DNA of 64,000 nt from Zootoca vivipara (taxonomy: Eukaryota). Where the stretch lies: the NCBI RefSeq assembly GCF_963506605.1, contig NC_083281.1:78306001-78370000 (forward strand), written 5' to 3'. A program made the translations under genes and the position numbers. The notes below the pieces were generated by a model, which saw nothing but the letters and a program-made list of their open reading frames with translations, had not been told where the DNA came from and did not search any database. Positions 38,442-48,587 of the stretch are shown here, one piece after another; within the stretch, counting starts at the first letter, position 1, and each line of letters opens with the position of its first letter.

Positions 38442-39076
38442 GCTTTGCCTTCCCAGCCGCGAATCTCTAGCGCCCACTATATTTCAAAAGCTGGGAACTA
38501 AAAAAAAAAAAGATTTCACAAGAACTTGGAAACGACTCGGCGAAGAGGAGAGAGGAGGAGGGAAAGGGAGAGAAAAAAGTTGCAGGCTTCAACTTTGTAG
38601 CTAACTTTCGCTTCGCTCTCGTTAGCTCTCCCTGTGTTCCCCCTACTTTTCATTAAAAAAAAAACCGATCCCCCTCCTTCCTCCTCCTTGCCATCCTTGA
38701 TCGCCTCGAGATCCTCAGACGGGTGAACCCCACCAATCGCGGGGTGCGGAGCACAACTCTCGGAGCGCAAGGAGAGGCGGGGGGAGCCTTGGCCAGGCTG
38801 CCCGGATCGTCGCGCAGAGACCGGCGGCTGTGGCGGCGCGGAGCTCGCTCCCGGCTCGCCCAGCTGCGCTCATCCGGCCGCGGTGAGGCCAGGGCTGCCG
38901 AGGAGGAGGCGATCGGCTCGTCTTCGTCGTTGTCGTCCCCCCACCCCAGGGCCGACCAGCCAGACACCCATGGCTTCCCCCCCCCCCTGCTCAGCGCCCC
39001 CCCTCTCCCTCTCTCTCTCACCCCCCTCGCCAGATCTCGCCGGGGATCTCCCCCTCGCGGGAGAAAAGGGACCTAC

Positions 39077-39113
39077 TTTTGGGCAGTTTCCTCGCTCGCG
39101 CCTTGGATCTCAT
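39077..39113 (-). CDS. PRDM16: PRDM16 coding exon 1 (37 nt, MRSKARARKLPK + 1 nt, phase-1 intron follows)
   Basis: Minus strand reads ATG AGA TCC AAG GCG CGA GCG AGG AAA CTG CCC AAA A|GTAGGT. This matches the vertebrate PRDM16 N-terminus MRSKARARKLAKS and its 37-nt first coding exon. The paralog MECOM is MRSKGRARKLAT. The upstream leader ACAATGCTTGGGAGATGAAGATAG matches my recollection of the human PRDM16 5'UTR, and the exon lies in a CpG island. Confidence 0.93.
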
Positions 39114-39190
39114 CTTGACGGCGGAGCGGATCCCTCCTTGAACCCGCAACAGCTCTGCCGCGCTATCTTCATCTCCCAAGCATTGTCAGT
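39114..39190 (-). other. PRDM16: PRDM16 5'UTR (approximate; TSS not determined)
   Basis: Sequence directly upstream of the ATG, resembling the recalled mammalian PRDM16 leader; contains upstream ATGs. Confidence 0.7.
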
Positions 39191-40575
39191 TTGGACACCT
39201 TCGCACATGCGCACAGAGCATTCAATCTGACACCCTCTCCGGGGCCAAAAAAACTTTCCAATGTATTCATCACCATCAGGGTTGGGGTTGGTGTGTGTAT
39301 GTGTGTGTGGCTTTTTTTTTAACCTCCCCCCTTCTCTTCCGTGGTCCTATCCTCTTCTTCAGATCACTTATCTCTGCCCCCACCTCCTCGGAGCAGAGCA
39401 CCATCCCAGCCTTTCCTCCTCCTCTCCCCCCCCCCGCCACTTCCCCTGATCTGCCCCTTTAAGAAAAAGCGACCTTTCTCTCTCTCCCTAACCCTTTACA
39501 TGCTGCCCTTCCCCAGTGGACAATATTTAAAGATGGAAGGTAACATCCAGGAAGAGGTGACTTTGCCTTTTTTAAAAAATTCGGACGGTGGTTTCTATGT
39601 TATGCTGGGGTGGGACGGGGAGGGTTGGGGGTGTATGTGGCTGGTTTTTTGGGGGGGGGAAGGGGGAATAACTGGCCCATTGCATGCTGTACTTTACAGG
39701 TCTAATTCTTATTTTCCTAGCAACCGGTCCATTGCAGCTGGTCAATTGCACGCTGCCCTTTTGCAGATCTGTTATTATTTTCTGGTCACTAGTTAGCCGT
39801 CTTTTTCAACCAGCCAACTGCACGCAGCACTTTACAGGTCTAATGATTTTGCTATTATTTGGCTATTATCTGCTATTCTCATCAATGGGGTAGTCGCGAC
39901 GGGCTCTCTCCCCCCCCCCCCCCGCCATATATATATAACCCGCTTTCTTCTCGCATGATCCTCTGCATGCTTACTTGCGAGTAAACGCCCCACCTTCTTC
40001 CACAGGGGCTTACTCTTCTCTCCCTCCCCTCCCCCCTCCACCACCCATTCCGGGCACTTGTGAATAGCTGGATGTCTGATCTCCCCCACCCCTCCCTAAG
40101 GCCAGGTTTACTCCGAAGTTTCTTTTATTGATTACAGTGGGATTTACCTCCAGGTAGGCAGGTTGAGGAAGATCGCGGCCGAGGTTGACTGCAGAAGCTG
40201 TGGCCGTTTCCCTACTCGGCGGGGGCTTATAGAATTACCAGGGTTGCACAGACTTCTTCTACCTTTTACAATGTCTTTCTCCGTTTTGCGCCGTTCCCGA
40301 AAAACGTGCGTCCCCTTCCATTCCAGTGCATTTAAGCCAATCTGGCAGGCAAAATGAAAACTCCCCCTACACACCCAAACGACTTTCGTTTTCCTAACGA
40401 TCGGTGCATTCTTTCCCACCCTGTCCCCAATCCATTTACAATAAAAATTGGGTGGGTTGGGGGCTTTCGGTTCTCTCCCCCGGTTCCCCCCCCCCACCAG
40501 CCGGTTTAAACGATTCTGTCTCCATCGTGGTGCTTGTTTAAAACACGCTAAAACCTGAGCGATCGTGGGTTCTTG

Positions 40576-40577
<2 letters not shown>

Positions 40578-40631
<54 letters not shown>

Positions 40632-40632
40632 G
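40578..40632. repeat. (GT)n microsatellite
   Basis: Directly visible. Confidence 0.95.
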
Positions 40633-41740
40633 TAGGGAGGCATTTGGGCTGCTAGCCGCTCTTGAAGCCTGGGCTTACTCTGAAGTAAGTTTCCGCCAAG
40701 CTGAATGGGTCTTGGCTCTCCAGCGGGCTAGCATTGCAAAGCAGCCTTCAGGGCTGAAGCACTTCAGACCAGCACTTCACAATACGACTTCCCACGAGCT
40801 CAGGAACCTTATCAGCCGCCAGGAAACGTTCCCAATGAATTGCTGTGGCCTTACTCGGGAGTAAGGGGTAAGGGGCTCCTTTAACGCCTAGTTAAACGGA
40901 GTTAGGCTGGCCTATCCCCCGGGCAGCTTGACTCGGAAGCCAATTCATATTTGTTTGTTTTTTTACCCATTGGGCCGCATTCCTATACAAGCTTACTTGG
41001 GAGTAAGGCTCAATGAACTCAAATGTGGCAAGCTGCTAATTCACAAGTAAGTATGCGCAGGATGGGAGACCTCAGCCACACAGGCAGCCTGGGGATCGGT
41101 TCCTTCTCTCTCTGACTTACCTATTTTGTCACAGCGATGAATGTGTCCTGCTCAAAAACAAAAAAACATGGGGTTCTGATCTAAGCAAGTTCACCTGCTC
41201 TACGGCGCTTCCTGTTCACCTATATATATATATTTACACGCTATTCTCTATTCTTACTCCTCCTTTCTTCCAACTAATTTTTATTATAACAGCCTTTCCA
41301 CTTGAACGTTGGACTCTGCTTTTTACAGGTCCGGGGGTGTTGCTTTAGAAGGGAATCAAGGTGGTAAGTATCATTTTCAGGTCCTTTCATTAATATATAT
41401 TATCATTACCTATTTAAAATGCTTGGTTGTCATTTATAGAAACGACCCTAATCTCCTGGGCAATGGATGGAAGTGGAGGAAGCTCGATCTTTGGATTCCT
41501 GAATTTTTCAGGAATCCCCGGAAATGGGAAAGTGGGTGGAGGACACTAACCTCCCCCCCCCGCCAGTAAATAGCCTAGCTGGATCAGTATTAATTAATTA
41601 CTCCCTTTGGGAATTCAAGGGCCCAGGAGAGATGGTGACTGGAAACGATACATTGCGTGGTGTGTGTGGGGTGTTTAATGTAAAGGGAAAGGGAATGTCA
41701 AGAAGCCTTCAAGAAAATAAACCAGATTATTTTTTAATGG

Positions 41741-41742
<2 letters not shown>

Positions 41743-41778
<36 letters not shown>
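41743..41778. repeat. (GA)n microsatellite
   Basis: Directly visible. Confidence 0.95.
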
Positions 41779-41781
<3 letters not shown>

Positions 41782-42526
41782 AACAGGGCAAGGGGCGTCC
41801 ACACACACACACACCAGCAAAATAAAAAACAAAAAAGCAGCTTAGCAGCCGACCGGCAGGTGGAAGATATGAGGAGAGAATAAAGTCTGCGGTTGAAAAC
41901 TGCATACTTTATTACTATAATAAAGTACAATGAAATAAATTATTATTAAGATTATAGAAGATTTCCCTTTTTGTATCTAGATTTATATTAATCCTGTTGT
42001 GGTCAGGGCAAAGGAGGTCTGAAAACATTTGTTATATTTTAGGGGAGGGGGGGGGCGGGAAAGACAGGTAACAAACCAAGTCCCCTTCTCCATTTCTTCA
42101 TTCTGTGCTTGAGGTTCAGTTACTCCAACGCCTCGGGATTTAACTCAATCACGTTCTGGGATTCCGCTCCCCGCCTGTCCCGTTCTGTTTTCACAAACTT
42201 GTAATAAAGCCGGTAATTCTAAAACCCATTCAAATAATAAAACAAAGTCTGTCGAACTTTTTTTTTTAAGGGGTTGGTTGCTTATTTATCAAGTAATTCA
42301 TAAAATGGAATTGATTTTAAGTGTAGGCTCTCAAAGCGCGCCGCGCGGGGGGGGGGAATAGTTATTTGTCCAGAATTATTTATAAATGCGTTTGAATCTG
42401 AATTCTGATGATATTGAGTGTAAGAGTACGTTGGGTTGTTTGTTTGTTTTTTAATAGGATTGGAAGGGAACTTCCGAATCAATGTTTTCAAAGTGGAGAA
42501 ACCAATAGCTGCCTCTTCCCAGCTAA

Positions 42527-42731
42527 AAGCAAAATAAAAAAATTCCTTCAGTAGCACCTTAAAGACCAACTAAGTTTATATTTTGGTATGAGCTTTCGTG
42601 TGCATGCACACTTCTTCAGATACACACGAAAGCTCATACCAAAATATAAACTTAGTTGGTCTTTAAGGTGCTACTGAAGGAATTTTTTTATTTTGCTTCG
42701 ACTCAGACCAACACGGCTACCTACCTGTAAC
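42527..42731. mobile_element. Truncated Penelope-like element in inverted (hairpin) configuration
   Basis: Perfect 76-bp inverted repeat (42527-42602 / 42623-42698). Motifs GTAGCCGTGTTGGTCTG and GCACCTTAAAGACCAAC are typical of squamate Penelope-like ends. 12-bp TSD CCCAGCTAAAAG (42518-42529, 42732-42743). Confidence 0.85.
42586..42623 (-). ncRNA. Minimal type-I hammerhead ribozyme motif (Penelope-associated)
   Basis: Minus-strand RNA: GUAU-CUGAAGA-A-GUGUGC-AU-GCACAC-GAAA-GC-UC-AUAC. It has both core boxes, stem I (GUAU/AUAC), stem II and a palindromic loop-less stem III (AGCU). Confidence 0.7.
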
Positions 42732-45700
42732 CCCAGCTAAAAGGATATTGTCTTTTTTTCTCCAAATGCGAAAACACTATCCTTACGTTGCACCTGTGTG
42801 TGTAAACGAACACGTGTTCTTAATTTGCATTCTTTTTCCGCGTGTTTGTTTGCATATTTATATATATACTGCACGAGAGTGCTATAACATATATACTGCA
42901 CGAGAGTGCTTACTCCTGAGTAAACCAACTAAACGCAGTCTTGCTGCCCTAGATTGATTTGCGGGCCCCCTAATCCCAAGCAGGTCAACTCCAGAGTCAG
43001 TCTCGTCGTAGCCAATGGAATTTACTTCCGTGTAAAAGCAAGCATGGATACGTCGGGCCCCTGAATGAGAATAACTTCCTTCTAGGGGTTGGTTGTTTTT
43101 TTGTTTGGGGGGTGGTGGTGGCGGTTGTTTCTCCACAACATAACATAGAACAGCAGAGAGGTTCTCTGCCCCGCGGAGTTCGCAATCCACTCCAAGCGCA
43201 ATACTGGGTGCGGGACTTGAGGGGTGAAAAATCCAGCTCGGAGGGTTTGGGTTTTTCTGTTTGTTTGTTTAAAAAAAAAAACAAAGGAGGAAATTATTTA
43301 GGAAACTCCCCAAGATGGTTTTAGAAATATTCAGCTTTATCCAACCCAACTGGAATTAAATATTTCAAGGCGGGGGGGGGGGCGTTGCTCGTGGGGGTTG
43401 ACAGCAAGGCTGAAACGCTAAGTGGGACTTACTTCCGCGTAAACAACAACTGTAGGCTGTACCTCTCTTAATCAGGCCCTAAACGATTTATTCCATTGAA
43501 CACCAGCAGATCAAAAAACTGTAATGAACAGGAGGAGAGCGGGGGCGCGATCCATATAGACAGTTTCTCTCTACCCCCTAACCCATTTGCCGGGGAGAGA
43601 GAGTCCTGTTGGATTCGGTGTTATGTCCTACTGTTTAGGATCGCAGTTGGTGTCCCTTGAAAGTTGGAACCTGATCCTGTAGATGTTGCTACACTCTGAA
43701 GGAGATTCCCACCACCACCCCCGCAACAACACCCCCGGGTTTTTTTCCCTGGACCGCACCCTACGGTTTACTAACCGAACTTTTCAGGGCTAAAAAGTGT
43801 GAGGAATTATTGGCACACGATGTGAGAGTTTTACCCTCGTGGCGAATTTGGGCTGAGGGCTGCTGGAGGGTTGGCCTGGAGTGACCCCCAAAGGAGCTGC
43901 CAAAGCGGGTGAGGAATTGAACTTGGGTGTCAAAGCTGCAGAGCTCTGGCCACTAGGCCTTATTGTCCCCTTTAAAGGTCAAGTGACTATTTGCAGAATA
44001 ACCACACCACGCTCCTTGTGTCCTTGACCCCCGCTTGTTTCCAATTTGCAAAGGTCTCTCTCTCTCTCTCCCCCACCCCCTTAATATTTATAGGGCAGGT
44101 TGATCTCAGGTGTGTGGGTCTGTCAAAGCGACCGAGCATGGCCCCGTTGAGGGTTGGGGTGGGAGAGGTCAGCGACCTCTCTGGCAGCTTACAAGAGATG
44201 ACCAGGGCAGAAATGGAGCGATTTGGTTCTTTGGGGCCACCTCAAAATTTCCCTTTTTAATTCCTTTCAATAGAGTATATCAGAAGTGAAGTCAATTGCG
44301 CAGCGCGCCAAGCAAACCTCCCTGCCGCCTTAAGTTTCACCTTTCCTGGAGTTCGCTCAGAAGTCAGAAAGCGACATTTCTAGCCCAGAGCACTGGCTAA
44401 GGAGGATCCTGGATAAAAGGGCCTGCGGTTCGGATCCGCCTTAGTCATCTAAACTCACTAGGGAGACAATCCGGCGGTGACCAGCTTGCGATGATGTACT
44501 TGCGTGACATGACTCCACGGGACTTGCTTCCGAATAAACCAAGCTGTGGCTATTCCTACTGCTCTTTCTTGTGGCAAGAATAGCAACAGGATCATGGGAA
44601 GTCGAGTTCTTTTGAACACGGATGACTCTTATTATGTACTATCATTTATTGATAATAGCACCATCGCCTTAATAAATTCAGGTGGTTTGCTTCGGGGTAA
44701 ACATAAACCGAATTTCCTCTGCTCGGTTCCCCCTTTGATTAGTGCCCTCCCTCCCTCTTTTTGAAAAGGTTCAGAATGGTGGTCCCGGAAGTGTCGTAAG
44801 CGCGGTCCTTACGCGCGCCAAATCAGAAGTAAATCCCTTTGAGTGAACTTCAACGAGTTTTGACTACCGCCAGCGCGCCGATAAGGTTGACAGCCTCAAG
44901 CGGCCCGTTCCGATACAGAGACAGAGGATCGCGCTTGTTAAAGAAACAGGTTTTGAAATTTTCAGGGAGAAACGGGAAGCGGGGGGGGGGTGTTGGATGG
45001 CCACCCTCCAAGGGCTGGTTTGGTTTTAAACAAAACAAAACCCGAAGAGACACCAAATAATTAATTAATTAATTGGGGATTCAGTGAAGAAGAGGGGGCG
45101 CCGCGCCTTCAAAGAATAGGTGACCGTCACTGAAATGAGAGATGCTTTGAAAGATTCGCTGAGAATCCATTTAAAAGAGGTCACAGCAAATTTAAAAACA
45201 GGTGTTTGTGCCTACATGGCAGATTGAGATTAATCGAGTATTTCTTCGGGTGTGTGTGTGTATCCCTCCCTCTGCCTATCATCTCAACTCCATATTTCCT
45301 GCATATTGCCCCCCCCCTACCCAATACATTATTTTTATACAATCAATGATCTACTTTATTAGCAGCCAAGAAACGGGCAGGAGAGGGTAGATGAATTAGA
45401 AAAGCCCTCAATTGCATGATGAATTAATTTCTCTCCCTCAAAATCCAGTCGCTTCCTTTCCCGATAATCTAGAAATCAATTTTAGAATAGGGCGCGAGAT
45501 TTTGGGTTGGGTTTTTTTTGTCAGTTGGGGGGGGGAGTACTTATTTAAGGGGGGGAGGGGGCGTTACTAGAAGAAGGGATTTTACAGGAATAGGCTTTCT
45601 CCAGAACAGATGAAAAGTTGGTGACTGGCAGGGCATTGGATGAAACGCAACGTTTTGAAAAACAGCACCTGTGGTCATTAATCAGATTATAATAAACTCG

Positions 45701-48496
45701 CAGTCCCAACCAGGTTCGGACGAATGTACCCCCACGTGGATACACAGGCCGGCATATTTAGCCTACCGAGGAATAAGATTTTAATGAGTTCAATGGAATT
45801 TATTCTCAAAGCAGCTTTGTAGTCACCTCGATGATGCCAATAAACACAATCGCAGTTTTTCATATTAACTACTACAGTACTACTGTTGTTATTATCCCCC
45901 CCCCTTTCCTGCAAGATAGCTGCATAGTTCTCCGCCTCCCCATTTAATCTTCACAACAACCCTGCGAGGTACCTTAGGCTGCACAACCGGATTCTTAAAC
46001 CGAAGTCAATTCGGTGCCAGAGGCATCCGGCGTCACCCCATCTCCGCGCATTGCCGTGACGTTTAATCTTTGCATTGTTTCGGTCTAAACTTAATTGCGT
46101 TGTAGATCACCGATGAAGGCCAAGCCACACACATACAGGAGCGACGCTTGCCCGCAAGCTTTTGTTTCTTGCACTCCTCAGAAGTCGCGAATTTAAACTT
46201 TAGGTTTTTGTTCTTCGAAACACGCACACTAAAAAGCAAAGCGAAAGCAATAACTCCGCGCGCCTGGTTCGAATTACGAATTGCGAACCGAATTAGGAGC
46301 AGGAGCAGAGCTATCGGCGGATTGGGGAGGAACTGCGCCGCTTCTCAATCCGCCCCCGCCCTATTTACATGTAAAATGCACACAAACACATTTATCACTG
46401 GGGTGTTCCTAGCTGCCTTTTAATATGGAAAACCAGATAGACCAGTCCTGGTAAAACTAGGGGGGAAAGACATACAAAGACCTCCCCCCCCACACCTTTC
46501 GGTCTTCCTTGTTCCATAAATTTAAGAGGGAGTTTAGATCAACCTGGGGGAGCAAAGGGATTCCTTGTATATGGTCGCTGCTCTCTATTTCCAAGGTGTC
46601 TGCATAACTCGAGTCTATGCTTGGTTACTCCAAAGTAATACCCTCACCTCCAATGTTCAATAAGGCCTGTTCCCAGGTAACGATGCCCTTTCCTTCTCCC
46701 CCAAATGATTTGTATCCATTGCCACAGACTTTTGCGCTTGGTAGAATTTTTTTTAACTCCTTTGACCACAAGACGAGACAGAATGTGGGTGATCCAAAGA
46801 GAGGTTTTAAGGACACTGCACTGGATGGACGCCTTTGGTCAGGGTGTCCCTTTCAACCCGTTTTGTTCTCCTCTGTCCTTTCAGGTCGAGAATGCCATCG
46901 AGGTATTAACTAGATCTCGCTATATTCTCCTTAAGAATCCCTCCATATATAAATATCTAGCCCTCAACACACGCACGCACGCACACTGACATATATATTG
47001 AGGACTAGAAACCTTTATCGATTTAGTCTTGAAGACTAGAATGTTATCACCCTTCCGTTTTCTTTAGGTAAGCTTGGATTCTTATGGAAGGCAAGGGAAA
47101 GGGGTTGGCCTCACTCCCCTTGGGGTAATTTATTCTGCCCCACTCTTGTAAATTAATAAAAATAAAGTCAGGGCTAGGGGGTGGAGATCATAACGTGGAT
47201 GAAGAGGTTTTCCATGGAGGGATACAAGTCTACCAGCCCTAGAATGATTCTTCTGAGCTAACGCTTCCCAGACGACCTTCCTCTCTGCCTGCTTTTCCTG
47301 ATCGATATTCTTCCCACTCCCCCAAAAAGGGGGCAATTCATAATTCGCAGAGAGGCGATGCCTCGTAATATCGCCTCTCACAGTGGAGGGCGTCGAGTTT
47401 CACCTTTGACAGCGCGTCGGTTCGGACTCCACCTCTCTCCATAAGAATGCATGTGTGGCTCGAACCATATGCACCTCAATTCTTAAGCACTTGTCTTGGG
47501 TGTGAATGGGCGAAAAGCTCTCCAACGAGATCAAGGGGCTTGATGTACACCTGCATAGGGTCTGCGCCTACATTTAAAGCACACACCCCCTAAAAAAAGA
47601 ACGATGGGAACTGTAGCTCATATGTGCTAGGATTTACGGGTAAACTACGGTTCCCAGGCTTCGATGTACGCCTTAAAGGCATGGTGGCTACGTGGCCTTT
47701 CTCCAGTGAATCATGTGGATATCACTTCCCAGTAAACAAACACCGGATCGGAATGGATTTTTATTTAGATGGAGGAGTCCTGTCCTGGCCTTAAAAACGA
47801 CATACACCTGAGCAGTGTCAAATGGTCTTGCGCGGGACCCATTTCAAGGAAGTAAACTCTTGACCGCCCCCCCCCGGTCTTCCTCGCGAGTCAGAGTTTC
47901 AGAGCGGGTTGTTCCAGCGTCCTCCAAAAACCGGAGTCCAAATCTATACCAGTCACAGTTCCCTTGCTCGCACTTACTCGGAAGTAAAGCCTATTAAATG
48001 CCATCGGTGCTACTGATTGCTGTCTGGGGACGGGGATGCCTAGGAAATGGGGATTTACCCGAGGAGAGAGAAATATATGTGTTGGGTGGACCAAAGGAAT
48101 GAAACCCTTACTGTATACGTTAAGAAGTTATATAACAATAAATAATTGCGGGGGGAGCGGGCGGGGGCGCTGTGTGTCTCCGGCTGCCTCTGGCCTCAGA
48201 GTTCCGTAGAATTAGCACAGCTTAAAATACTTGGGGTTTTATGGACAGATCAGGAGGCCTTGAGTTCATGATTAAAAAATAAATAAATCTCCTCCCCCCC
48301 CCCTCCAGAGGATTTTGATGCCATAAGCGCTTGATTCTTACCATACCCAGTTCTGCAGGGAGGGGGCATTAGGCAAGGGCTTAATTACGTTTTTTAAGGG
48401 GGGAGGGTGTCCATTCAGGTTGCCCCCACCACGTGCTACTCCTGGCTGGGGGGAAAAACGCTCTTGCACTCAGGTCTTGCTTGTTTGTTCGCTGCC

Positions 48497-48587
48497 CATA
48501 GCTGCCAAGTTTTCCCTTTTCTCGCGAGGAAGCCTATTCAGCATTAGGGAAAATCCGTTTAAAAAAGGGGATAACTTGGCAGCTATG
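48497..48587. mobile_element. 91-bp mini hAT MITE (same TIR as the 12777 element)
   Basis: CATAGCTGCCAAGTT / AACTTGGCAGCTATG; TSD TCGCTGCC/GCGCTGCC. Confidence 0.88.

Larger units (their letters stand above)
1..39076 (-). other. PRDM16: PRDM16 intron 1 (5' part; continues beyond the window start)
   Basis: GTAGGT donor at 39076-39071. No ORF in the track resembles PRDM16 exon 2 (…EGSPYEAPVYIPEDIPIP…). Vertebrate PRDM16 intron 1 is known to be very large. Confidence 0.8.
38442..39240. promoter_or_regulatory. Core CpG island / PRDM16 promoter and exon 1
   Basis: Very GC- and CpG-rich, spans exon 1, and has an NRF1-like motif (CGCACATGCGCAC, about 39202-39214) just upstream of the leader. Confidence 0.85.

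Noticed and set aside
39077-39113. MECOM (MDS1-EVI1) exon 1
   Set aside because: MECOM reads MRSKGRARKLAT. Ala5, Lys12 and the leader fit PRDM16.
38516-39230. Overlapping 84-131 aa ORFs in the CpG island
   Set aside because: Arg/Pro/Ala/Ser-rich ORFs are expected from stop-poor GC-rich DNA, with no recognisable domain.
39261-39449. Plus-strand ORF MYSSPSG… resembling the NFI-family start MYSSPLCLTQ
   Set aside because: Similarity ends after five residues, there is no suitable donor, and the rest is low-complexity. The real exon is on the minus strand.
41845-41870. CTCF site (CCGGCAGGTGGAA); similar partial matches near 33020 and 47380
   Set aside because: Only partial matches to the core. 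They cannot be supported without PWM scoring or ChIP data.
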